DNA from: Octopus vulgaris
Taxonomy: Eukaryota
Reading direction: 5' to 3'
NCBI GenBank assembly: GCA_951406725.2
Contig: OX597815.1
Coordinates: 206,646,001 to 206,710,000 of the forward strand
DNA: 64,000 nucleotides
Shown piece after piece: positions 44,234 through 56,535 of this stretch (its first letter is position 1; each line of letters opens with the position of its first letter). The notes under the pieces are model-generated. The model did not search any database and was not told the origin of the DNA. It saw nothing but the letters and a program-made list of their open reading frames with translations. Position numbers and translations under genes: made by a program.

Positions 44234-44453
44234 GTGTGTGTGTGTGTGTGCGTGCGTGCGCGTGTGCGTGGATTGTTGGTGACTTCCCGTGTCTTCTTTT
44301 TCTTGGACTTTCCTCTGTCTCCTTTTTCCGAAGAAGAGCTTTGTTCGAAAAGTAAAGCACCCTTTCTTACCTTTCCTCAGCGTCTTATTAATATTTTGCA
44401 TGTACCACGTCCTCTCGTTGTTGTTTTTTCTGTTTTTGGATTTTATATATATA

Positions 44454-44837
44454 TCTTCTATATATATATAAAAGTCAAGTTGTGTGAGTGTCTGTCTCCT
44501 ACGATTTAGATTCCTAACTACTCCCACATTTTGCGGTGCAGTTTAACCAAAACCGGGTATCTTATAGTCGTGATTCATATCGAGCCCTTCTGGGTATTAG
44601 CGCGCGTCTACGATTTAAAAAAAAAATTACCATAATTTTTTTCCATTTTAATGCATTTTTTCGCTATTATATAAGGGAAGTAACTCTCTAAAAATGTCTA
44701 CGATGAGTCAACGATTAAGAAAAATTTTTTTTCCATATTTAAAGCATTTTTTTGCTATTTTTTGGCTATAACTCTCTAAAAATGCTTATATAGTTATTTC
44801 CCTTACAAACCCGAGCAACGCCGGGCGATACTGCTTG
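44454..44837 (+). mobile_element. Non-autonomous Helitron H1 with mutated 3' end (CTTG)
   Basis: TC...TATATAAAAGTCAAGTTG...ccgagcaacgccgggcgatactgCTTG|T. Confidence 0.85.
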
Positions 44838-45189
44838 TATTTCATAATTAAAAAACAAATTATAAGGGTGGTTTTCTATCTTGCAGTAACTAACTGTTGC
44901 TTTGCAATTTATACTTACTATGACAGACCGGAGTGATTAGAAATAGCAGTCAAAACCACAAGCCTTGTATCAAAAACGGAAGACGAAAAGCTTCCAGGAT
45001 ATTATTTGTATGAGTAAAACAAGGCAAACGATGGGTGGACAGCAGAAGATGTGGATGTATGTAATTACATCTAAGATTAAATGAAAATAACGGCAGCGGA
45101 ATGCAGGTCTGATCCCTTCCTGGAAGGTGGTAGAAGGGATGTCAGGATATTAAGTCTGTTTTTAATTTGTTTATATCTCCCGGGTGGGA

Positions 45190-45379
45190 GATGGGCTGAA
45201 TCCTGGAAGTACTGCTATACCAGGTCAACCCGTGGCAAAGGCGGAGCAAGCCCCTAACTCTTCGCCTCGTTCTAAAAATCAGTTTAATATCGATGGTCCC
45301 AAATAGGGACCGTATCAGATATTAAGCTGATAAGAACAGATACTACACTTTGATCTTAGCCAAAAGGCCGAGAAGCGAT
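45190..45379 (-). ncRNA. U2: U2 spliceosomal snRNA (variant gene or recent pseudogene)
   Basis: ATCGCTTCTCGGCCTTTTGGCTAAGATCAAAGTGTAGTATCTGTTCTTATCAG...; branch-site pairing GTAGTA; stems IIb (GGTCCC/GGGACC), III and IV (GGGTTGA-CCTGG/CCAGG-TCAGCCC) can all form. Confidence 0.96.
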
Positions 45380-45634
45380 AATCTTTACCCTAGCTTAGAA
45401 ATATTATACCTATTTCTATTTAGTATAGTGACTGATTTATACTTACACTTATATAGCTGTATTTAATTAGTTCTTCCATATTTTGTAATATCTTTTATTT
45501 TATTTCGTAGTAGTTGTTTTATTTAATCCTTTCAATCTGAGAATTTTAATATTTCTATTTTTTAAAAAATGATATTATCATAAGCGTAATCTGTAATTGT
45601 GTAGATTTGATAATAAACGTGAATGAAAATTACG

Positions 45635-46030
45635 GGATATTTTCGGTTTGAACGGCAGTTTTTTCTAGCGGTGTCATATGAAATTGTCACCCATAATTAT
45701 GACCCCGGTATCGATCTTATTGCATTTCAATCTATTTTAGGGTTAGAGGGGGGTATCTTTTTTTCTTCAGAAATGTAAATAAACCCAGTCTGTTTCTTAA
45801 ACGAGGGACATATTCATACGGCACAGAATGTTGTTTACCTCAATAGACGTCAGTGATTGGTTGAAATTGCAGAAAAAAAACCCAACAAATATCTTACAAA
45901 CTATAGAATTTTCTCAATAAAGCCAAGAGAAAAAGATGTTTTATAACACATTCCACCAGTATAAGAAGTTTAAAATTTTTTAGTTACCTATAAATTATAT
46001 TAAAAACTGCAGTTCAAACCGAAAATATCC
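45635..46030. mobile_element. MITE with ~28-bp GG-initiated TIRs and probable 8-bp TSD (Merlin-like)
   Basis: ggatattttcggtttgaacggcagtttt / aaaactgcagttcaaaccgaaaatatcc; flanks aaattacg and aaagtacg. Confidence 0.75.
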
Positions 46031-46177
46031 AAAGTACGAATTACGACGGTCCGTAATGTTCACGTGACTCTATATCTCACCTGTAAAACATTTATTACTC
46101 TTTTACTAAATTAATTATTTTTTAGGTATCATAAATCTCGTAAGTCGTATCGGAAACATTTTCTTGCTTTTCTGAAA

Positions 46178-46550
46178 TCTTTATATATAAAAGTGAAGTT
46201 GTGTGTCTGTCTCCTACGATTTAGATTCCTAACTACTCCCACATTTTGCGGTGCAGTTTAACCAAAACCGGGTATCTTATAGTCGTGATTCATATCGAGC
46301 CCTTCTGGGTATTAGCGCGCGTCTACGATGAGTCTACGATTAAAAAAATATTTACCATCTTTTTTTTCATTTTAATGCATTTTTTCGCTATTATATAAGG
46401 GAAGTAACTCTCTAAAAATGTCTACGATGAGTCAATGATTTAAAAAAAATTTACCATAATTTTTTTGCTATTTTTTGGCTATAACTCTCTAAAAATGCTC
46501 ATATAGTTATTTCCCTTACAAATCCGAGCAACGCCGGGCGATACTGCTAG
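46178..46550 (+). mobile_element. Non-autonomous Helitron H1 with intact termini
   Basis: A|TCTTTATATATAAAAGTG...ccgagcaacgccgggcgatactgCTAG|T. Confidence 0.9.
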
Positions 46551-46564
46551 TATATATATATATA

Positions 46565-46728
46565 TCTTTCTGTCGAAGAGCGTAGGCTCGAAACGTAAAA
46601 GACTTGTTTTATTTCTATCCCTGAGCGCCATACTAATACAATTGTTTGTTTGTACTCCACCTGCCTTCGTCTTTTGTTCATTTTTGTAAACCTGCCTTCG
46701 TCTATTGTTTATTTTCGTAAACCTTCCC

Positions 46729-46735
<7 letters not shown>
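46565..46735 (+). mobile_element. Short (TA)n-bounded Penelope-like pLTR fragment with minimal hammerhead-like motif (family also at about 47740-47932, 58910-59107, 62625-62765)
   Basis: TCTTT-CTGTCGA-A-GAGC-GTAG-GCTC-GAAAC-GTA-AAAGA plus a shared 3' tail ending at (TA)n. Confidence 0.65.
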
Positions 46736-46804
<69 letters not shown>

Positions 46805-46805
<1 letters not shown>

Positions 46806-47687
46806 GGGGTCTCATCAATAATTATCCGGCCTGTTGACATAGTAACAAAGTTAAAGCATGCAGAGTGAAACTGCTTGGCACAGATTGACCTTGAATTCTG
46901 CTGTGCATGTACACTAAGTTTTAACGTCCTAGCTCACATCTGCTGTTTAAAATAGTGCTTCGAAGGAACATGTGTAGTGTGTGATCGTCGCATTGACCAT
47001 GGCAGAAAGTTGAGCAGAGAATCTGCGTCAAATTTTGCCTAAAGCTTGGTGATAGCTGTTCAGAGGCCTACGCAAAGTTTTCAAAATGTCTTCAACGTTC
47101 TCGACATAATCAAGGAGATTTTGTGCAACTGAAACCCGAGTGTCTTGGCAGTAGTTTTGGCACAAACTTGGTAGTCACGAGACTCATACCAAAGTCTTAA
47201 GTGATAATGGACTGAACTTAACCATAACTGAAACATAACCATAATCTGCACATCCGTTGATAACTCACGGATGGTAATTCGACGATTTCCCCTCACAGCT
47301 GCACGCACATCTGCAATTTTTTCCTCAGTTCTTCTGGTTGCGGGTCAGCCAGGACGTTCGTCACTATCAGCCATTTTGGAAACGTCTGAACCACTCCTAC
47401 ACTTGTTTTCAGCTCATACACTCCTCTCCATACACTTTCTGCAACACTGCGTAGGCCTCTGAGTAGGTATCGCCATGACAACTTTCTCTGTGATGTTCAA
47501 TGCGATGATAACATGCTACACACGTTCTTTCCTAGCACTGCTAGAAACAGCGAACGTGTGCTAGAATTTTAAAACAGAGTGCGCATGCGCAGAGAGTCTA
47601 AGGTCAATCTGTGCCAAGTGGCTCCACTCTGCGTACTTTAGCTTCATTACTATCGCAGCAGCCCTGATACTTATTGATCAGACCTCG
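46805..47687. mobile_element. Rearranged mariner made of two inverted 5' halves
   Basis: TA-flanked TIRs cg(g/a)ggtct(c/g)atcaataa; both ends carry the 5'UTR and the transposase N-terminus (EQRICVKFCLKLG on +; AVRGNRRITIRELS on -). Confidence 0.8.
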
Positions 47688-47927
47688 TATATATAGCTAT
47701 ATATATATATATCTATATATATATATATATATATATATATCGCTAGGCACTACACACATTTTTTTCTCTCCTTATTTCTCTCCTTGTTTCTTTCTGTGTT
47801 CCTTTCTGTGGAAGAGCGTAGGCTCGAAACGTTAAAGACTTTTTCAATTCCTGAGCGTTATACTAATACATCTATTTGTTTTCTACACCACTTGAATTCG
47901 TCTTTTGTTTTTTTTTTCGTGAATTCT

Positions 47928-47958
<31 letters not shown>

Positions 47959-48138
47959 CGTATTTCAAAATAGAAAATTACCCTTTAACAGGTAATTTTA
48001 CATGCTAGAAATAGCAGCCAACACGGCCAAAAAACCACAATTTTATAGCAAATTTTGAAATACGAATATGTTGTCTATTGACTTTTTATACATGCTAGGC
48101 CACTGGTGGTGATATTTATAACGAGTATTCGCCACCCT

Positions 48139-48169
<31 letters not shown>

Positions 48170-48560
48170 CATTAAAATTAAAAGACAAATCCTTACTTTG
48201 TCTTCTTATTTGGATTATATTTTACTCTTCACTAAACCCACACAAATGTTTACTGTTGTAGCGCGTGGATTTTCTATCTCCGAAGAACTTCTATCTTACT
48301 TTAGACTACTACCTATTGAGTGTAGAAAACCTAAAGTTCGGGTTGGGAGCTGCATAGGACATACCCTATCCTTCTTCCTTCCCAGAACCTTATATGTTGC
48401 TGTCACTTCAGCAATATAGCGATATACGTCCTTTTCTTAGGCTATTCTTTACCTTCTCTTCAGGCCTTTCCTCTTTCTGACGAAGAGTCATACTCGAAAC
48501 GTTATCCCACCTATTTTTGCCATCTTAAACTGGGCATCAACCTATTACATTCACTGTGTA

Positions 48561-49284
48561 CGTGGTCTGATCAATAAGTATCCGGACTGTTGCCATAGCA
48601 ATGAAGCTAAAGCACGCAGAGCGAAGCCGCTTGCTACAGATTGACATTGAACTCTGCTGTGCATGCGCACTAAGTTTTAATGTAGAAACTCACTTCCGCT
48701 GTTTACAGCCGTGCTTGGAAGGAACGGGTGTAGCGTGTGATCGTCGCATTGACCATCACAGAGTAAGCTGAGCAGAGAATCTGCATCAAATTTTGTCAAA
48801 AGCTTGGCGAAAGCTGCCCAGAGGACTACGCAAGGTTGCAGAAAGTGTATAGAGTGGAGTGTATGAGTCGCACACAAGTGTAGGAGTAGTTCAGATGTTT
48901 ACAAAATGGCCGGAAATAGTGACGAACGTTCTGTGAGACCCGCAACTAGCAGAACTGAGAAAAACATCGTAGATGTGTTTGCAGCTGTGAGGAGAAATCG
49001 TCGATTCACTATCGGTGATTTATCAGAGGATGTGAAGATTAGTTACAGTTCAGTTCCGTCTATTTTCACTGAAGATTTCGGTATGAGACGCGTGTCTGCT
49101 AAGTTTGTGCCAAAATTGCTTTCAGCTGACCAAAAAGACACTCGGGTTTCAGGAATTCTTCCTCTAATGGAAATAGCGCTGGATTAAGTGTGTGGCTTCC
49201 TAAGGGGTTTTAAATGCCAAAATTAGTATGTGTTATAGTTTTGTTTTTTTAACACCAGTCCGGATAATTATTGATCAGACCGCG
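48561..49284 (+). mobile_element. Internally deleted mariner (same family as 46805)
   Basis: TA-flanked TIRs; EQRICIKFCQKLG...RPATSRTE...VRRNRRFTI...GMRRVSAKFVPKLLS; catalytic domain missing. Confidence 0.9.
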
Positions 49285-49363
49285 TACATCCTTTTGAGTT
49301 TTTTTTTGTTTATACACGCACACATACATACATGCATACACACACACACACACACAGATATAT

Positions 49364-49758
49364 CAGGAGTGGCTGTGTGGTAAGTAGCTTGCTAACCAAC
49401 CACATGGTTCCGGGTTCAGTCCCACTGCGTGGCATCTTGGGCAAGTGTCTTCTGCTATAGCCCCGGGCCAACCAATGCCTTGTGAGTGGATTTGGTAGAC
49501 GGAAACTGAAAGAAGCCTGTCGTATATATGTATATATATAAATATATGTATGTGTGTGTGTGTTTGTCCCCCTAGCATTGCTTGACAACCAATGCTGGTG
49601 TGTTTATGTCCCCGTCACTTAGCGGTTCGGCAAAAGAGAACCGATAGAATAAGTACTGGGCTTACAAAGAATAAGTCCCGGGGTCGAGTTGCTCGGCTAA
49701 AGGCGGTGCTCCAGCATGGCCGCAGTCAAATGACTGAAACAAGTAAAAGAGTAAAAAA
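49364..49758 (+). mobile_element. SINE family B
   Basis: Head-to-tail match. Confidence 0.85.
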
Positions 49759-50307
49759 GAGTATATACATAGACACACACATTATGTGGTTATCTCCCTT
49801 GTGCTTTTCCTTTTTGCCTTCTTATTTACAAGCGACTCTGAGTTAAACGTTATCTGCTCAAAAGACAAAAAGACACGTGACATACGTTCTTGCTTTCAGC
49901 TTCATAAATGGCGGAACAAATTATTATTTCGCACGGCAAACCCTGGGCAGCTGTCATTTCAAGATTTGCGGTTTTTAAATTTGGATTATACTAATATATA
50001 TATATAATCAAAGCTCCTTCTCATGTCTTAGGTTTACAAGCCATGTTTACCGGATTGTGTGACGTATATATTCCCGACAGTCCTGTGGACCCATCGAAGG
50101 ATTACTTACATTTGCCAACCGAGTGGACTGGAGCAACGTGAAATGAAGAGTTTTGTTCACGAAGAAAAAAAAGCCATCACCCGCTCAAGGAATCGAAACC
50201 ACAATCTTACGATCCTGAATGCAACTCGCTAACCACCGAGCCACGCGCCTTCACACAAGCGCGCACACATTAATATACAGCGTGACTGGTGTGTAAAGAC
50301 ATATACC

Positions 50308-50412
<105 letters not shown>

Positions 50413-50665
50413 GATGCAAAATGAAAATCTTGGAGGATACCGCTCGTTATCTGTTTCTTTATTACCCACAAGGGGCTAAACACAGAGGGGACAAACAAAG
50501 ACAGACAACCGGATTAAGTCGATTACATCGACCCAAGTGCGTAACTGGTACTTAATTTATCGACCCCGAAGTTAGCGCACGTTATCGAGAAGAAAAATAA
50601 TATATTAATCGGCAAAGTAAAATGTTTCCTTAAGTTTCAGCTTAACTACATCGTTCTCTTAAATG

Positions 50666-51043
50666 GGAGGCGCAATGGCCCAGTGGTTAGGGCAGCGGAC
50701 TCGCGGTCGTAGGATCGCGGTTTCGATTCCCAGACCGGGCGCTGTGAGTGTTTATTGAGCGAAAACACCTAAAAGCTCCACGATGCTCCGGCAGGGGATG
50801 GTGGTGATCCCTGCTGTACTCTTTCGCCACAACTTTCTCTCACTCTTACTTCCTGTTTCTGTTGTACCTGTATTTCAAGGGGCCGGCCTTGTCACTCTCT
50901 GTGTCACGCTGAATATCCCCGAGAACTACGTTAAAGGTACACGTGTCTGTGGAGTGCTCAGCCACTTACACGTTAATTTCATGAGCAGGCTGTTCCGTTG
51001 ATCGGATCAACCGGAACCCTCATCGTCGAAATCGACGGAGTGC
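50666..51043 (+). mobile_element. SINE family C, full length
   Basis: ggaggcgcaatggcccagtggttagggcagcggactcgcggtcgtaggatcgcggtttcgattccc tRNA-like head. Confidence 0.85.
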
Positions 51044-51505
51044 TTCCTATAGCATCCAGCTAGGTAGAAAATACTTTTTACCGCACCAATGACCTAGCTA
51101 ATTTGCATACTGAGGTCAGTTTGACAACAGTTAAAAGTTATCTACTGCAAACATAAATAACGAAAATAGCTGTTTTGCTCCTGGTTCCGTAAGATTCTTT
51201 TATCTGCGAGATTATGTTTTAAACATATTAATATATTTCGCTAAAGTATATTTACATATGTAAAACCGGATTATAGGAAATGGAAAATGTTGATATAATT
51301 AAATAGCGTTGGGGGAATAGATTCATTTTATCTTAAATATGAGTCAGTGAAAACAGTCATTAACCTATGGAGTTGGCACTCCTCAAACACGGAAAACCTG
51401 TTTGAAGGCAGAAACATCTAACAGTATTCAATATTTGTTTCCATCAGCTTGCATCGTTCTATTAAATTCATAAAAAATACATACATACATACATACGCAT
51501 GTATA

Positions 51506-51549
<44 letters not shown>

Positions 51550-51859
51550 GGAGTAAACACATAAATGTGAAACAAGCTGGAAAAAAGAGTACTCAAATAC
51601 CAGTGGTAGAGTAATATGCTTTATTTAAAGAAGCAGAGAATTTTCTGCTGCTTTAAATAAAGTCACCACCAGCTCAAATATTGTCTCCTCTGTCTTCCCT
51701 CCTTGGGATCTTTCCTTCTCCTTGTTTCCGACAAAGAGCTCCGCTCGAAACGTTAAACCCTCCTTCCCTTCTTTCCTGAGCGTCAATAATATTTTAATTG
51801 TTCCACGTCCTGCGTTGCTGTGTTTTTTTCTCTTTTTTTCTGTGTTTTCTTGTTTGGAT

Positions 51860-51982
<123 letters not shown>

Positions 51983-51984
51983 GT

Positions 51985-52280
51985 GGAGGCGCAATGGCCC
52001 AGTGGTTAGGGCAGCGAACTCGCAGTCGGAAGATCGTGATTTCGATTCCCAGACCGGGCGTTGTGTGTGCTTATTGAGCGAAAACACCTAAAGCTCCACG
52101 AGGTTCCGGCAGCGGGTAGCGGCGACCCCTGTTGTACTCTTTCGCCCCAACTTTCTCTCACTCTTTCTTCCTGTTTCTTGAGTAACGTTGCGATGGACTG
52201 GCGTCCCGTCCAGCTGGGGGGAAACACATACGCCACAGAAACCGGGAAACCGGGCCCATGGGCCTGGCTAGGCTTGAAAA
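51985..52280 (+). mobile_element. SINE family C, subfamily with an alternative tail
   Basis: Same head as 50666, but the tail gcgatggactggcgtcccgtccag...gaaaccgggaaacc is shared with the 8277 copy. Confidence 0.8.
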
Positions 52281-52391
52281 GTGCAAGTGAAAAAAAACAT
52301 ATATATATATATATATATATATGTAGGTCCCGGGTTGATTCGGGGTTAACCACAGTAAATAAGGTACTCAATACATAGCAGAGTAAAATTA

Positions 52392-52507
52392 ATTTATTAT
52401 ATAGAAGGAGCTTCTACAGGACTAGAACTGTTTCATTCAAGAGAAATCTTCAGGAAGATTTCTCTTGAATGAAACAGTTCTAGTCCTGTAGAAGCTCCTT
52501 CTATATA

Positions 52508-52513
<6 letters not shown>
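52392..52513. repeat. Perfect 59-bp-arm inverted repeat abutting (TA)n
   Basis: Arms 52392-52450 and 52455-52513, loop cagg. Confidence 0.9.
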
Positions 52514-52575
<62 letters not shown>

Positions 52576-52841
52576 GTGTGTGTGTGTGTGTGTGTGTGTT
52601 AAAAGCCGTATCAAACTGCGGTATTTGTCTATAAGGAATGATTTCCTAAGACGAATACTGCAGCTTAGTAAGACTTGTGACTCATACATACTTGGAACAT
52701 CCATACAGATCGCATGACGGCAACTGATGAAGGGTCAGTTCTCTGTGCTTACTTGTCCTGTTTTTCCATTTTTTCTCTCGTTTACGTATTTCATGTTATT
52801 TGTACCGTTGGTGACGTCCTGTACCCATATATGCATGTGTG

Positions 52842-52892
<51 letters not shown>

Positions 52893-52932
52893 GCTTATAT
52901 GGGTACAGGATGTCACCAACGGTACAAATAAC

Positions 52933-52974
<42 letters not shown>

Positions 52975-53019
52975 CATGCAAATATTCATCTGTACATTTA
53001 AATTTATATATATACTATC

Positions 53020-53106
<87 letters not shown>

Positions 53107-53290
53107 TTCTTCTTTTTTCTTTTCCTTTTTTTCTTTTTTTCTTGTTCTTTTTTCCCTTTTACGATCCCTTTTGATCGAAATCCTACGCCACCTTTTCTTT
53201 TTCTCCCCCAAAAGAAAAGCTCTACCTTGTAACTTGTCCCATCTGTGTGCAGCCCTGTGTGGCCAATAAAGAAACTTATCTATCTATCTA

Positions 53291-53325
<35 letters not shown>

Positions 53326-53333
53326 GGTGTTTG

Positions 53334-53427
<94 letters not shown>

Positions 53428-54066
53428 GATATGTTACACGCCCTCATACGTATGTGAACATCTGTTCGCGTTCGCATGTGTCTTTGTGTATGTGTTATGT
53501 TCGTTAAGTGATAAATGATTTGACTAAAGCAGTCACTACTGTTAGTAAGATATCGTTTCTGGTTTCCTCATCACCCGCAGCTTCTCGTGGCTTTCCCCTC
53601 TCAGCCATTACTGATCCCGTCGGTGCAGATACCAGATCATTTCATCGCCTTGTCTCATCCTCAAATACGCATTACAAATCGACACACACGTATACCTCAA
53701 ATGTCTTTGATCTCTTTCTTACCTCTGAACATAACCCAGGCCAAAGTATAATCTCTGCACCTATCCTGTCATCCGACCCCTGCTAACACACTCTACTCCA
53801 AACCCCTGATCCTATAGCACAGTAAGCCGTTGGTTGGTGGAAGATTTGCCAGATTTATGGTAACGGCCCCTGGCAGCATATGTGCTTCACTCCCGAGTCA
53901 TTAGAAACTGTTAGGCGAGTGATTGAAATTATCCTTTAATGCATACCCTTCTAGATCCCACACCCAACAAAAATCAAATATCTCCTTAGCTCCCTAAATG
54001 GTTTACTCATAGTTCTACAGGAGTACTTCAGACAAAAAGCAACGTGAAACTTACTTAACTTTCATC

Positions 54067-54270
54067 TTTTATCTTTTACTTGTTTCAGTCATTTTGACTG
54101 CGGCCATGCTGGAGCACCGCCTTTAATCGAGCAACTCGACCCCGGGACTTATTCTTTGTAAGCCCAGTACTTATTCTGTCGGTCTCTTTTGCTGAACCGC
54201 TAAGTAACGGGGACATAAACACACCAGCATCGGTTGTCAAGCAATGCTAGAGGGACAAACACAGACGCAC

Positions 54271-54343
<73 letters not shown>

Positions 54344-54503
54344 TACGACGGGCTTCTTTCAGTTTCCGTCTACCAAATCCACTCACAAGGCTTTGGTCGG
54401 CCCGAGGCTATAGTAGAAAACACTTGCCCAAGGTGCCACAGAGTGGGACTGAACCCGGAACCATGTGGTTAGTAAACAAGCTACTTACCACACAGCCACT
54501 CCT
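54067..54503 (-). mobile_element. SINE family B
   Basis: Reverse complement of the 8773 element. Confidence 0.85.
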
Positions 54504-55054
54504 TCTTTTGAAACAGAAAAAAAATCGCAGCATTTACAAGTCTCTTCTCTCAGTTGTTTCCCGCTGCCCTCAATCAATCACACCTAAACTGCAACTGATC
54601 TTTTAGGATCTTTCTCAAAAGAATTTCTGCCAATATGTAGAATCCTCTTTTCATTCATTACGTAACAATAATGGTTCTGTGATCAGTATTCCTGTATAGG
54701 AAACCTCCACCTTCGCTGATAATTTTGCAGCCAATTCCACATTACATCCACTTTTCTTCCTTTCCATTCTTCCAAGTCCGCCCCATTGCATAGGTAAGCA
54801 CCAAGTGCGAATGTACTTTCAGTTACTTCAAATGAACAAGGTTCCACTCCGCTCCTGACGGTGACTTTTCCGCTAACCACACATATTGCACTCCAGAGTC
54901 TACTCCTATACTCACCGAATATTTTAGCCCCCATCTCTCTCTGAAACACGAGTATCTCAATTACCAAGAAACGCAACACATTCGGCCTTGACTGCTATTG
55001 TCCTGATGCGCTCATTTCTAAAATATTTAAGGCAATAGAAATAGCTATACACTT

Positions 55055-55287
55055 AAGGCGGCGAGCTGGCAGATGCGTTAGCACGCCGGGCGAAATGCGT
55101 AGCCGTATTTCGTCTGCCGTTACGTTCTGGGTTCAAATTCCGCCGAGGTCGACTTTGTCTTTCATCCTTTCGGGGTTGATAAATTAAGTACCAGTTACGC
55201 ACTGGGGTCGATATAATCGACTTAATCCGTTTGTCTGTCCTTCTTTGTCCCTTCTGTGTTTAGCCCCTTGTGGGCAATAAAGAAATA
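55055..55287 (+). mobile_element. SINE family A with 16-bp TSD
   Basis: TSD agaaatagctatacac at 55037-55052 and 55288-55303. Confidence 0.9.
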
Positions 55288-56199
55288 AGAAATAGCTATA
55301 CACAGCGACGTTCTCCGGTAACTTGAATATCTCTCTCCCCACTCTCTCTCTCTCTTAGTAGCCAACACTACGGTTTCCATAAAACCAGATCCACTAGTGA
55401 CCTGCTCTCCTCCCTTACCTTCAAGCTGATAAATAGATATGAGAAATCTGGTGAAAGCATTATTGTCGCCCTCGACATCATGAAAGCTGTTTCTGATATG
55501 CGAATCTTCTATAGAAACTGCTTGTCTTTGTATTCCAGTCATCTTTCTTCCCTTAGCATCCTGTCAGATTGCACAGTTGACACGTGCTTCATTTCAAGAA
55601 ATGTGGATTCGGTTTTTGTTCTCCGATTTCTTCCTTGCCACAACACCCAACAGTACCCTCCATTAAGCAAACGATCCCACACTTCATTTCTTTTCAACTT
55701 CGCCCAGCCACCCATCATTCACTCCCGATCTAGAAGATCATACACCATATAAACACGGACTCCTTGAACAGAAATCTCGAACGCATCCCTTAGCGGAAAT
55801 ATGTCATCCTTGTCCCTTTCAATAGTAAAAAAAAAACAAAACACAAACGCTACTCTTATCAAGAAAACATCATTGGACCAAACCCACTTGATCCGGAGTA
55901 GCGTTTAACTTGAGCCCTCAAAATCGGTTCAATTTTTGAGTGTCAGCATCGTGGAAGATCACTCCTAGCAAGAGCACATCCTTAACATAGGACCATGTCT
56001 CTACGACTGACCCTTCTCTTCAGAGTCAGAAGATACTTTGTTTCCCCAAAATTATTGATACTCATTCCACAAAGCTCGGGTATGTCCCACATTGGTGTAT
56101 TGATTTCACATTTGGGACAGCGTTGCTGCACATATGGGTATGGTAGACTTATCTAGAAAAGGGCCACGCGTCTAACTGACAAAAAGACACTCACACCTA

Positions 56200-56535
56200 C
56201 TCGAAAAGATGAAAGCAAAGTTGACCTCGACGGAATTTGAACTCAAGACGCAAAGACGGACGAAATGGCCGACATGCTAACGATTCTCCCAACTCGCTGC
56301 CTTTTATAATAAATGATATTCTTTTCTACTCTAGGCACAAGGCCCGAAATTTTGGAGGAGGTGGGCAGTCGATTAGATCGATTCCAGTACGCAACTGGTA
56401 CTTAATTTATTGACCACGAAAGGATGAAAGGCAAAGTCGACTTTGGCGGAATTTGAACTCAGAACGTAAAGACAGACGAAATTCCGCCAAGCATTTCGCC
56501 CGGCGTGTTAACGTTTCTGCCAACTCGCTGCCTTT
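56200..56535 (-). mobile_element. Two adjacent SINE family A copies
   Basis: Same motifs as 41230-41510. Confidence 0.75.

Larger units (their letters stand above)
53545..56175 (+). mobile_element. Old degenerate CR1/L2/Jockey-group LINE ORF2, interrupted by SINEs
   Basis: NVFDLFLTS...APILSSDPC (APE endonuclease end), QHYGFHKTRSTSDLL...GESIIVALDIMKA (RT), HKARVCPTLVY*FHIW, in the expected order. Confidence 0.7.

Noticed and set aside
50666-50740. tRNA-like sequences here and at other SINE heads
   Set aside because: They continue directly into SINE bodies and lack a complete acceptor stem, so they are not tRNA genes.
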